Origin: a virus
Taxonomy: Duplodnaviria > Caudoviricetes
DNA length: 62,920 nt
Direction: 5' to 3' (one strand)
IMG/VR virus record: IMGVR_UViG_3300043391_000241
Location: 1-62,920 of that record
Shown piece after piece: positions 19,870-28,962 of the stretch; positions within the stretch are counted from its first letter, which is position 1; each line of letters begins with the position of its first letter. The notes under the pieces were generated by a model. It saw nothing but the letters and a program-made list of their open reading frames with translations. It had not been told where the DNA came from and did no database searches. Made by a program: the position numbers and the translations under genes.

Positions 19870-19906
19870 AGCTGGTGCTGGTTTGGGGTATGTTGTTTAG
19901 GTTAGT

Positions 19907-20962
19907 CTATTTAGGAGTATTTACTTTAAAACCGCTAAAAATTTTATCTTGTTCTGGAAGAGGAGTAGAAGTTTGATACGGAACTGGAGTGCCGTAAGGG
20001 ACTCCAGCTGAACGGCGATAGATTACTGTCTCTTGTTCGTCGAGTTTAGATCCTAACGCCTTATAAAGATCTAAATCATTTTGGTATTGGCTTTCGATCT
20101 CTTTTTGATCCTTGCCTGTGAGCATTGCTAAGTTACGGACGTAAGAACTACGCTGTGAAGGCTTATACAACTTGCCGCCTTCTGGCAAAGGAGGCTGCGG
20201 AACATTTGTCTGATTTTTAGTTTCGCTGCCTAAAGTTGTATTTTGCCAATTTTGTTCAGCTGGCCCAATATATTCAGGAGAATTATGCTGTGCCCGCATA
20301 TCCTTAATGAAGTCTAACTGAACCTTAAGTCCTACTTCAGCACGTTCAGCTTCAGCCTTTGACTTACTCTCTTCCGCAGCTTTCTTATTTGCGTAGTCTA
20401 CAAGCTTAAGGCGAGCGACATCAGGACTCACGATACCAGATGCAAGATCGTTTGCCATCTGCGGATCATACGGAGTAAGCTGTTGAACTAGATTGTAGTT
20501 CATGCTCTTCGCTTCACGTTCGTCTGCTGCCATAGCCGCAGCACGATTCTTATACGCGTCGAGCGTAGCTGCTCCAATAGATGTCTTGAATAGCAAAGGA
20601 TTTTTAGCTTGAATCTTTGTAATATCAATGAGCAGATCTGTTGGCTTTGCGCCAGAATCAAACTTCTCGTCAAGCATACTCGTAAATTCGCCCATCTTAT
20701 TTGCCGCATCACGTTCCTGTTGCAGCTTTAAGGATTCAGACTGGTAGTCAGTCATAGCCCGTTGGAATGAAAGCTGTTCAAGTGCCGCTTTATTCATGGA
20801 AGCAAGATTCTCATTCTGTGCTTTAAGCAACGGAAGTACGTCTGCTGTATACTTCTGTGACAAATAGGACTTCTCACGATCTGACATCTGGCTTGAGGCA
20901 AGATCAGAAAAGTAATTGCCCTTCATGGGAGCGATGTCACTCGCATAATCAAAGAGTGCCAT
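19907..20962 (-). CDS. Putative internal virion (ejection) protein
   Basis: Helical, no Cys seen, directly upstream of the giant gene. Confidence 0.6.
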   Translation of the reverse strand: MALFDYASDIAPMKGNYFSDLASSQMSDREKSYLSQKYTADVLPLLKAQNENLASMNKAALEQLSFQRAMTDYQSESLKLQQERDAANKMGEFTSMLDEKFDSGAKPTDLLIDITKIQAKNPLLFKTSIGAATLDAYKNRAAAMAADEREAKSMNYNLVQQLTPYDPQMANDLASGIVSPDVARLKLVDYANKKAAEESKSKAEAERAEVGLKVQLDFIKDMRAQHNSPEYIGPAEQNWQNTTLGSETKNQTNVPQPPLPEGGKLYKPSQRSSYVRNLAMLTGKDQKEIESQYQNDLDLYKALGSKLDEQETVIYRRSAGVPYGTPVPYQTSTPLPEQDKIFSGFKVNTPK

Positions 20963-20965
20963 ATA

Positions 20966-21697
20966 TTATAATGGTTTCGGATTAGTATTTCTAAAGGACT
21001 CAAGTTGGGCTTTAAGCAAATCGCGCCTAAGCTTTGCCTCTTCTTCCATACCAGTTTGAAAAGATTGAGCGGCAGCAAGCGAGGCATCATTTTTTGCCTG
21101 AACGCCTGATGCATAGTCCTGACTCTTTAGAGTAGGTTCCTTGAGTCCTGTTTCGCCACCAGTAAGCGCAATTTGTTCAGCGGCTCTTCCGAATCCGCTA
21201 CGCTGTAGCTTACGCGCCATACGCATAGCGCGTCCTGTATCCGATTCCAGCGACTTTGGTCCTTGACGCAAGGCACTTGTAGAACCCATTTGAGATCCCT
21301 GAAGTGCATCATAGCGGTCAAGCAAGCGGGTAGTTGGTCCAGCGGAGATGGATGGGTTTTCATTCTTACCGCCGAAAGCTCCGCTCGCGGCTGAATCTTG
21401 TCTAGCTAGACCTTCTTGCTGATTAAAACTAAGGGGTTTGCGTAATTGCTCTTGAGTCAATCCAAGTTTTGCACCTTCAGCAGATAAACCCGCCCACGTA
21501 TTTGGTGATTTACTTGGATCTGCGGCAAACTCTTTGAATTGTGCTTCAAAGAGTTTTTTACGTTCGGCGTCAGCAACAGTAGCGTCTTGAATTGGACTAG
21601 TTTGCGCCGTAGGAGTGAGGGGAGAATTTGGCGCACCCTTTAGAAGCCGCTGTGCTTTTTCTTCATCGGTTTCAACTTTTCCGTTTAGCTTACCCAT
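20966..21697 (-). CDS. Putative internal virion (ejection) protein
   Basis: Q/A/G-rich, no Cys seen; ATG at 21697 is 6 nt after a TTGACA-17-TAAATT promoter. Confidence 0.6.
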   Translation of the reverse strand: MGKLNGKVETDEEKAQRLLKGAPNSPLTPTAQTSPIQDATVADAERKKLFEAQFKEFAADPSKSPNTWAGLSAEGAKLGLTQEQLRKPLSFNQQEGLARQDSAASGAFGGKNENPSISAGPTTRLLDRYDALQGSQMGSTSALRQGPKSLESDTGRAMRMARKLQRSGFGRAAEQIALTGGETGLKEPTLKSQDYASGVQAKNDASLAAAQSFQTGMEEEAKLRRDLLKAQLESFRNTNPKPL

Positions 21698-21789
21698 CAG
21701 CAAAATTTACGGCAACACGCTCAATTTGTCAACACATTAGCAATACGGGCGTTCGACTGAACACCGCCTATCCTAAATAGGCGGGATTC

Positions 21790-21902
21790 GTCAATTATTT
21801 TCTGCTATACAATATAAAAAGTCTTATTTAGAAGTACTTCACTAATGTGTCGGACACATTAGTGAACAGCATTATGATAAGACTTTTTAACTTACAAAAC
21901 GC
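21790..21902. repeat. Dispersed repeat, copy 2 (nested palindrome 21816-21888)
   Basis: Matches copies 1 and 3; abuts the terL stop codon. Confidence 0.95.
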
Positions 21903-23707
21903 TAATCCAGCAAAGCCGTCTCCGAATTGCTGAGTGCGCCACTCAATGACTTGAAAGAGTTTGGCGGCTTCCTGAATCCTGCTTCCGTCGAATCGTTCGG
22001 TGGTTCCATTGCTACCATCCCCAAACGCTGACGGGCGCAATCCAGCGCAAGGAAGGCGGCATCCGCTAAGTCGGGCGACCTGCCGAAGCGGGACTTGAAC
22101 TCTGGCTTTGACTCAATCTTCACTTTTAGCGATCCAGTCTTGACTAGTTCGTAGTTCCTGCTTGTGATTTCCTGTGCCAGATCGGCGGAGATTCCGAATA
22201 ACTGCTTCGTCCGCATCAGTTCCTTGCCCACGAACCACAATTCAGATACACGGTTCACGTAGAGTTCCTCGCCAGTAAGCTTGCTGTTCGCGCTGACACG
22301 CTTGTCAGAGGGCTTGCCGCCGAAACTGACACGGAATATCGATGGCGACCACTCGCCTGCCAGAACGTCACAGAAGGGTGCGCCTGCGCCCGTAGCATCG
22401 ACTGCGAGATTCTCAGGCAAGATGTTCCTACGCTGGCAGTGATCCTTGACTTGCCTCACAATCTGGTACGTTCGCGGAATCGCCTTGTTCGTCGCGTCGT
22501 CGTTCAGTAGGATCGCCTCTCCGAATTCAAAGACGTAATGCCCCGTCGTGTCGTATCCTACTGTGGCAGTATACAGGATCGTCCTGTCGCCCCCATTTGT
22601 AAATGCGGGATCGAGTCCCGCAACAATCGTCGGCTTGCCAGCCCATTCGACTTTGTTCATTGCCTTGCTGGAAGTCAGCTCGACTTCGCTGTAAATCCCT
22701 TGCGTCTCGTCGCTATCAAAGAAGATTGCGCGGATCATCCGCAAGTAGCCTCTGGACTCCGCGCCCAACAAAGCCCTGTCCTCAATCAGCTTTTCCTCTG
22801 TGGGGAGCCAAGGATACAGGACTTCTCCAGCCAGAATGTTGGGAGAACGCTCGCCATCCAGTCGTAAGTAAAAGCCACCCCATTTCGTTTTCCAGTTATC
22901 TGCCGTATTAGTATCCACAGAGTCCCATCCGCGAAGCGGCTCAGACCAGATTCCGAAAGCGTCGAAGCGACTATTCGGGTTGCTCATACCGATCATCTGG
23001 AACTCAGGGTTCTTTGACAAGTTGGTAAGACCCGCATTTAGAATGGCTTCCGAAATTTCAGAAAGCTCGTCTCCGATTACGATGACTCGTTTCTGCTTGA
23101 TACCAATGAACTTGCCAACTGCTTCCCGTGTCTTGCTCTTCTCAGCCGCAATCAGGGATAGTCCAGCCCGTTCGATCAAATCGCCGTTCTCATTGATGTA
23201 CGCGACGTTGCCAATTGAATCCCGAATCTTGCACGGTGCGTTGGGAATCACTGTCAGTAAGCTAATTACGGAACCCCAAATCCGTTTACGGGCTTCACGT
23301 AACGTCGTAGAGGTCATCAGGACGAGCGTGTCCTTTGGCTGAGATAGCCAGTTGATGATTGCCCACGCTGCCATTGTGTGGGATTTTCCGCTTGAGGCTG
23401 ATCCTCCGATTGCCAGATACTTGTTGCCGATAGCGGCACGCACCATTTCTTCAGCCCACGGATGGCGCACCATCAATTTTTCTGGAAGGTCCTCGTTGTT
23501 CCAAAGCTCATCACAGCAACGCCAGAAGTAAAACTCCTTTGCCCTGCTGTTCGTATGATTAGCAAATCCGTAGAGCAAAGCCGTCAAAAGACTCGTCGGA
23601 GGGATCAACAAACCGCCAATATCCATCTTCCTTGTTGTCGGGTCAATACGTGGCTCCAGCAACTTTTTTGTTTTTTCTGACGAAACACTCATTTTTTTCT
23701 TGCCCAC
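21902..23707 (-). CDS. terL: Terminase large subunit
   Basis: Walker A GSASSGKS, Walker B VIGDE, nuclease GLDPAF...GGDR and SPDLADA; the start may be ATG at 23692. Confidence 0.88.
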   Translation of the reverse strand: MGKKKMSVSSEKTKKLLEPRIDPTTRKMDIGGLLIPPTSLLTALLYGFANHTNSRAKEFYFWRCCDELWNNEDLPEKLMVRHPWAEEMVRAAIGNKYLAIGGSASSGKSHTMAAWAIINWLSQPKDTLVLMTSTTLREARKRIWGSVISLLTVIPNAPCKIRDSIGNVAYINENGDLIERAGLSLIAAEKSKTREAVGKFIGIKQKRVIVIGDELSEISEAILNAGLTNLSKNPEFQMIGMSNPNSRFDAFGIWSEPLRGWDSVDTNTADNWKTKWGGFYLRLDGERSPNILAGEVLYPWLPTEEKLIEDRALLGAESRGYLRMIRAIFFDSDETQGIYSEVELTSSKAMNKVEWAGKPTIVAGLDPAFTNGGDRTILYTATVGYDTTGHYVFEFGEAILLNDDATNKAIPRTYQIVRQVKDHCQRRNILPENLAVDATGAGAPFCDVLAGEWSPSIFRVSFGGKPSDKRVSANSKLTGEELYVNRVSELWFVGKELMRTKQLFGISADLAQEITSRNYELVKTGSLKVKIESKPEFKSRFGRSPDLADAAFLALDCARQRLGMVAMEPPNDSTEAGFRKPPNSFKSLSGALSNSETALLD

Positions 23708-23743
23708 TTACCTTATTTCATTTAAACATCTTGTCAACAACTA

Positions 23744-24346
23744 ATGGACGAAGAACAAGATATGGATAATCCGCTCTTAACGAGAGCGTTGGAGATGTAC
23801 GCGAAGGACTACAAAATCAAAACCATTGCAAAAGAACTCAATGTCCATGCAGGAACGATTCGTCGTTGGTTCAAGAAGATCGGGATTCCCGCAAGGAAGA
23901 ACGGTTTCGCACAACCTAAAAAGGCTCTTCCAGTTGATCTTCCGCTTGATCCTCTTGCTGACGATTTGGAAGAAAACCTCGATAACTTCACGGATCAAGC
24001 TATACGAGTGGCAAAGCACGAAGCCCGAATAGCGGAAGACAGTGCCTTGATCGAGATCGCTGAAGCGCAGTCAACGCCAGCAGATAAGTACCAGCACTAC
24101 ATTGCTGCTGCTGGAATCAAGCTCCTACGCGACTCAATGAAGAACCTTAAAGGTCCAAAGACTGTAAGGGAACTCAGCGAGCTTGACCAGTTGATCCGAC
24201 GTAATTTGGGCCTGAACTCAAAGAGTGGCGGCGGTCAAAGTAAAATGCACATTGACATTTCAATTCTCAATAATACAAAAGCTGATCGTGGAGACGGCAG
24301 CGTCAACAAAATGAAACAGACCATCATCGATATTGAACCAGAATAA
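23744..24346 (+). CDS. N-terminal HTH protein, possible terminase small subunit
   Basis: IKTIAKELNVHAGTIRRW HTH; transcribed divergently from terL. Confidence 0.55.
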   Translation: MDEEQDMDNPLLTRALEMYAKDYKIKTIAKELNVHAGTIRRWFKKIGIPARKNGFAQPKKALPVDLPLDPLADDLEENLDNFTDQAIRVAKHEARIAEDSALIEIAEAQSTPADKYQHYIAAAGIKLLRDSMKNLKGPKTVRELSELDQLIRRNLGLNSKSGGGQSKMHIDISILNNTKADRGDGSVNKMKQTIIDIEPE

Positions 24347-24590
24347 TATGTTTAAGAACAAGATTGCAGAACTAAATGCTAGAGCCTTAGTTAGGAAAGA
24401 ACTTCCAGACGGAGATTTTACCTTTGAAACTAAAACCTTAGCGGGAATCTTTTACCGTGTGTTCCCGTACAATGGGCGCGAAGTTTGTTATCTCGAATCA
24501 CTGAGTAAAGGAACAACGATGTTTGCTCCTGAATCAGGAGACGGGATTCTTGTACGGGCAGATGTAATCAATTACGTTTCAGAGAACTGA
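24333..24590 (+). CDS. Hypothetical protein
   Basis: ORF in a tightly packed operon. Confidence 0.65.
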   Translation: MNQNNMFKNKIAELNARALVRKELPDGDFTFETKTLAGIFYRVFPYNGREVCYLESLSKGTTMFAPESGDGILVRADVINYVSEN

Positions 24591-24895
24591 TGTATCACAA
24601 ATTCAATCAAGAGAATAAGGATCTGATCCTAAAGCTTTCCGCAGAAGAGTTCAGCTGCACAGTAGATGGTATCCTCGCAGTTGACAGATCAAACCGTCCG
24701 TCAAATGCAAGACACGTTTCGATGGCAATCATGAAAGCATTGCTTAAATGTACTCTCACAGAAGTAGCTGCGGTATTTGGCAAGCACTACACTACGGTGA
24801 TACACGCGAAGAAGCGTGTTGATGAAGACAAGCAATTAAAGAACTCTGCTTTAGTCATCATTAGAAAATTTAAAGAGCAGATGACTGAAGAATGA
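24590..24895 (+). CDS. DnaA domain IV-like HTH protein
   Basis: ARHVSM...TLTEVAAVFGKHYTTVIHA, close to the DnaA signature RDHTTVxHA. Confidence 0.8.
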   Translation: MYHKFNQENKDLILKLSAEEFSCTVDGILAVDRSNRPSNARHVSMAIMKALLKCTLTEVAAVFGKHYTTVIHAKKRVDEDKQLKNSALVIIRKFKEQMTEE

Positions 24896-25371
24896 TCGTA
24901 GGCATCGACAACGGACTCGACGGCGGGCTGTGTGCGATCTCAAAGCACAACGGATCGATCATCGACAAGTTAGCGATGCCAACTTTCCAACGCGCTGGAA
25001 AGCGTGAAGTAGATTCAAAGGCAATCTACAACTGGATCTGCGACCTGAATACTGAATCCTTGATCGCGATTGAGGAACCGTTGAAACACGCGAAGTCCTC
25101 ACAGGCGATGCGTTCGATGGGCATTTCGTTCGGGAAGATAATGGGGATGTGCGAGACACGCGACCTCAAAGTCAAGCCGATTCAAGTGCTGGACTGGCAG
25201 AAGAAGATATTGGGCAAAGTTCCAAAGTCCCAAACAAAAATTTACGCCTTACGTAAGGCTAACGAACTCGCGCCCGATGAAGACTGGCGCAAGAACGAAC
25301 GATGCACTGTCCCACATGACGGAATCATTGACGCCTTTTTGATCGCAAGATACGTGCTAGAAAATTCTTGA
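24892..25371 (+). CDS. ruvC: RuvC-like Holliday junction resolvase
   Basis: IVGIDNG, IAIEE, WQKK and DGIIDAFLIA motifs. Confidence 0.85.
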   Translation: MIVGIDNGLDGGLCAISKHNGSIIDKLAMPTFQRAGKREVDSKAIYNWICDLNTESLIAIEEPLKHAKSSQAMRSMGISFGKIMGMCETRDLKVKPIQVLDWQKKILGKVPKSQTKIYALRKANELAPDEDWRKNERCTVPHDGIIDAFLIARYVLENS

Positions 25372-25419
25372 ACTTTTTTCTTGTGGTTCTGGCGCGAATG
25401 AAGTAAGAGCTTGTTCCGA

Positions 25420-26715
25420 ATGAAAACACTATTCCCGAAACAAAAAGAAGCCAAAGAGTTTTTCCAAGAACGCATCCGCTGTGGCGGCAGCACGCTCGAC
25501 AGTTCAAGCGTAGGCACTGGCAAGACTGTCGTAGCCGTTCATCTGGTGAAAGATCTTGATCGCCCGTTCGCCGTGATCTGCCCGAAAGCTGTTGTTCCCT
25601 CATGGGAGCGCGAATGCGAAGCGCACGGCGTGAAGCCATTGTTCGTCCTGAACTACGAGAAACTTCGCGGAGGCAAGACGAAGTGGATGACGAAGGCTGG
25701 TAAAAAGATCATGCGCTGGTCATTGCCAGAAGGCACTGTCGTACTCGTAGACGAGATCCACAAAGCCAAAGGACCGTACACCCTCAACGCGCAGCTTGTC
25801 GTGTCACTCGTACAACAGGGCTATCCCGTACACGGAATGTCTGCCACTGCCGCTGAAGATCCCACAGAGATGCGCCCGTTGGGCTACGCACTGGAATTGC
25901 ACTCGCTCAACAAGCCAGAAGGAAAGCTGAAGAGTTGGTTCTCATGGATGATGATGAACGGATGCTATCAGGATACATGGGGTAGCTGGAAGTTGAGCAA
26001 TAAGCAAAAGCTTGTCGATCTGAATAAACAGATCTACGGAGTCAGCGGACACAAGCTCACGCCAAAAGACTTTCCCGATTCCTTCCGCGAGAATCGTGTG
26101 TTCGTAGAACCGACGCAGTTCTCTGACTGGAAGAAGATCGATAAGGCTTACACCGATTTGGGCATCACGCCAGCAATCATCGAAGAGTTTATCGAGTTGG
26201 GCAGCGTATCAAATAGCGAACACGTACTTGTCAACATCCTCAAAGCTCGCCAGCTTGCCGAATCCTTTAAGGCTCCCGATCTGGCGGAGATCGCTGAAGA
26301 CTACGTCAATGGCGGCAACAGCGTTGTGATCTTTGTCAACTTCTCTGACACAGTGGACGCTCTCTGTACGAAGCTTCAATGCCGCAAGATCGATGGACGG
26401 CAAACAGCGGCAGAACGCCAGCTCGCCATTGACCGCTTTCAGGCAGACGATGACCACTGTCTCGTAGTCAACATCGCCGCAGGCGGTACGGGCTTGTCGT
26501 TGCACGACATCAACGGCAACCGTCCGCGCATCTCGCTGATCTCTCCGACGTTCAACGCGAAGGACTACCTGCAAGTGTTGGGCCGAATACACCGCAACGG
26601 AGCAAAGTCAGACGCGCTCCAGAAAGTGCTTGTCGCCGCTGGTTCCATCGAAGAGACGGTCATGAAAGCGATCAATGCAAAGACTGCCAATATGCAAGCA
26701 CTACACGGAGCATGA
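25420..26715 (+). CDS. SF2 DNA helicase
   Basis: GTGKT, DEIH, SAT, GTGLSL and QVLGRIHR motifs. Confidence 0.92.
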   Translation: MKTLFPKQKEAKEFFQERIRCGGSTLDSSSVGTGKTVVAVHLVKDLDRPFAVICPKAVVPSWERECEAHGVKPLFVLNYEKLRGGKTKWMTKAGKKIMRWSLPEGTVVLVDEIHKAKGPYTLNAQLVVSLVQQGYPVHGMSATAAEDPTEMRPLGYALELHSLNKPEGKLKSWFSWMMMNGCYQDTWGSWKLSNKQKLVDLNKQIYGVSGHKLTPKDFPDSFRENRVFVEPTQFSDWKKIDKAYTDLGITPAIIEEFIELGSVSNSEHVLVNILKARQLAESFKAPDLAEIAEDYVNGGNSVVIFVNFSDTVDALCTKLQCRKIDGRQTAAERQLAIDRFQADDDHCLVVNIAAGGTGLSLHDINGNRPRISLISPTFNAKDYLQVLGRIHRNGAKSDALQKVLVAAGSIEETVMKAINAKTANMQALHGA

Positions 26716-26806
26716 AAATAAAATTACGAATCATGAAAATTTTTCTTGCCATAGTTATTTTACGGCATAATGTCAGGGAAATTCTTAACACGTACTACAC
26801 AAACAA

Positions 26807-27019
26807 ATGAGCTTTGGAACTGGAGCAGGAAAAGGAGATTTGCCACGCGCCGTAAAGGGCGAAGCATTCCGTGCCGCATACGACTCAATCAAGAAGCCTG
26901 AATCGCTCGATGCGTTGCTGGCACAGTTTGACGAAGCGGTGAACAACAGAGACTCTACGCTTGCTGAAGAGCTGCACGAACAGATTAAGGCTCATCCGTA
27001 TTACAGAGGCAAGCCATGA
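26807..27019 (+). CDS. Hypothetical protein (GAGKGD-xPR N-terminus)
   Basis: First ORF after a promoter-like gap. Confidence 0.7.
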   Translation: MSFGTGAGKGDLPRAVKGEAFRAAYDSIKKPESLDALLAQFDEAVNNRDSTLAEELHEQIKAHPYYRGKP

Positions 27020-27207
27020 ACATAGACGAAGTACTCGCTAGCCCCGAATGGAAACAAGCTATTGAAGACTCTTTAGGGTTTGACCTATCAAAAGCCAAAC
27101 TTTCAGATAATTGGAAGAACCCTCTTATGGGAGTTTTACCAAAACACGATTCTTTTAGGGGTATTGAAATGGGTGAACCTATTACAGAGTTTAAATTTTA
27201 TCCTTAA
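27016..27207 (+). CDS. Hypothetical protein
   Basis: ATGA overlap with the upstream gene. Confidence 0.6.
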   Translation: MNIDEVLASPEWKQAIEDSLGFDLSKAKLSDNWKNPLMGVLPKHDSFRGIEMGEPITEFKFYP

Positions 27208-27216
27208 ATAACAAAA

Positions 27217-27291
27217 CAGCGATGGACTTGATCGAAGTCGCCCAGACCGATAAACTGGGAAACGTGCGTCGCTAACCGCACTCGCTGACCA
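27217..27291 (+). ncRNA. Non-canonical tRNA-like cloverleaf, GAT at the anticodon position, encoded 3' ACCA
   Basis: Stems CAGCGA/TCGCTG, GACTT/AAGTC, CCCAG/CTGGG and GTGCG/CGCAC; 75 nt; intergenic. Confidence 0.7.
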
Positions 27292-27307
27292 CTTTACCAA
27301 AAACACT

Positions 27308-27499
27308 ATGGAAAAGAAAACCAAATCGACAGTAAATGCAAAAGATGTGGAAGGCGAAAAGTTTATCGACCCATTAGGTACTGAGAAGTTCTTTCGTGGC
27401 TTCTACCGTACAGTTGATGATCTTGCTACGCCTCACACGGCATTGAGTGATATTACCGATTACAATGACGCATACTACACTGCTGACCCTCTCACTTAA
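27308..27499 (+). CDS. Hypothetical protein sharing its N-terminus with the gene at 27769
   Basis: MEKKTKSTVNA start. Confidence 0.55.
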   Translation: MEKKTKSTVNAKDVEGEKFIDPLGTEKFFRGFYRTVDDLATPHTALSDITDYNDAYYTADPLT

Positions 27500-27507
27500 A
27501 AAACACT

Positions 27508-27744
27508 ATGGATACTACAAATATACCGAAGACGCTACCAATTAAATGCTCCGCTGACGACTACGAAGCTATTATTGGTTGGATGTCTAAGCAACCACGA
27601 CATGAACTTGACGGTTGTGTAAACAGTACCGTTCGTTGGTCTTACTATATTTGCGACGAAGGGATATTCTCAACTATTAAAGTAACAGATAACGGAACCA
27701 AAGAAGTCTTCGCGGTCCCTTTAGGTGATCCTGAGAACTGGTAA
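27508..27744 (+). CDS. Hypothetical protein
   Basis: acactATG start context. Confidence 0.65.
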   Translation: MDTTNIPKTLPIKCSADDYEAIIGWMSKQPRHELDGCVNSTVRWSYYICDEGIFSTIKVTDNGTKEVFAVPLGDPENW

Positions 27745-27768
27745 CAATCAACTACAACCACAAACACT

Positions 27769-27951
27769 ATGGAAAAGAAAACCAAATCAACAGTAAACGC
27801 TGCTGGCAATTACACTAAGCCCACTATGCGTAAAGCCCTATTTGATAAAATCAAAGCAGGAACAAAAGGCGGCGACCCTAACGAGTGGTCAGCCCGCAAG
27901 GCACAGCTTTTGGCAACAGAGTACAAGAAAAAGGGAGGAGGCTACAAGTGA
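27769..27951 (+). CDS. DUF5872-like small basic protein, N-terminal half
   Basis: YTKPTMR...GTKGGDPNEWSARKAQLL...GGGY. Confidence 0.7.
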   Translation: MEKKTKSTVNAAGNYTKPTMRKALFDKIKAGTKGGDPNEWSARKAQLLATEYKKKGGGYK

Positions 27952-28190
27952 AAGACCCACAGAAGTCACTGAAGGATTGGGGCGACCAGAAATGGCGTAC
28001 CTCTGACGGCAAGCCAAGTGAAGGCAAGAAGCGGTACTTACCTGACAAAGCATGGGATAAGTTAAGCGCATCGGAGAAAGCTGCTACCAACAAAGCAAAG
28101 GCTGAAGGCAACGCCAAAGGCAAGCAGTTCGTAGCGCAGCCAAAAAGCATCGCTGAGAAGACCGCTAGACTACTAAGGAAAACAAAATGA
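27948..28190 (+). CDS. DUF5872-like small basic protein, C-terminal half
   Basis: QKSLKDWGDQKW...RYLPDKAW...KGKQFV; GTGA overlap with the upstream stop. Confidence 0.7.
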   Translation: MKDPQKSLKDWGDQKWRTSDGKPSEGKKRYLPDKAWDKLSASEKAATNKAKAEGNAKGKQFVAQPKSIAEKTARLLRKTK

Positions 28191-28299
28191 ACACAGTAAT
28201 AACCATTGCCGCGATCTGGATTTTTGTAGCCATTGCCGTTGCGTTCTTATGGCACGCAGCCGTTGGCGGATTTGACGACGATAACTACCCACCAAAAAT

Positions 28300-28962
28300 A
28301 TGAACACCCTAGAATTCAAACCATTCCCGAAAATGGCTCGCCTTCGACGCGAGTGCATCATCACTGAAAAAATCGACGGCACAAATGCCAGTATCTACAT
28401 TGGGCCTGATAATTATAAAGACCCTAAAATGATTGATGTCTTTCACAATACTGAAGGCGAAACTATTGGTTTATGGGCTGGCAGTCGCACTCGCTGGATT
28501 ACGCCGATGGACGATAACTTTGGCTTCGCACAATGGGTGTATGACAATTCGTCTGAGCTACTCAAGTTGGGCGAAGGCCACCACTTCGGAGAGTGGTGGG
28601 GCAGCGGCATCCAAAGGGGCTACGGATTCAAAAACGGCGAGCGGTTCTTTAGCTTGTTCAACGCTTCCCGTTGGGTTGAGCATGACCAGCCAACGTATGC
28701 AATCGAGCAGGACAATCCAAAGGCAGAACCAAAATTCACCGAACACGCGCCTGCTTGCTGCAAAGTGGTTCCTATTCTCTACAAAGGCATCTTCGATACG
28801 AAAGTAGCCGAAACGGAACTCTCTATCTTACGTCAGTTCGGAAGCGAAGCAGTGGATGGATTCATGAACCCTGAGGGCATTGTGGTGTACCACCAAGCTG
28901 CTCGCGTTGGATTTAAGGTAACCATTAAGGATGACGATAAGCCGAAAGGGCAAGCGCAATGA
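28300..28962 (+). CDS. ATP-dependent RNA ligase (Rnl2-like nucleotidyltransferase domain)
   Basis: Motif I TEKIDGTN, GSRTR, FGEWWG, EGIV and terminal FK. Confidence 0.85.
   Translation: MNTLEFKPFPKMARLRRECIITEKIDGTNASIYIGPDNYKDPKMIDVFHNTEGETIGLWAGSRTRWITPMDDNFGFAQWVYDNSSELLKLGEGHHFGEWWGSGIQRGYGFKNGERFFSLFNASRWVEHDQPTYAIEQDNPKAEPKFTEHAPACCKVVPILYKGIFDTKVAETELSILRQFGSEAVDGFMNPEGIVVYHQAARVGFKVTIKDDDKPKGQAQ

Noticed and set aside
27920-27951. Programmed -1 frameshift joining the DUF5872-like halves
   Set aside because: G AAA AAG is an imperfect slippery site, and shifting there would replace the GGGY motif; the GTGA overlap suffices
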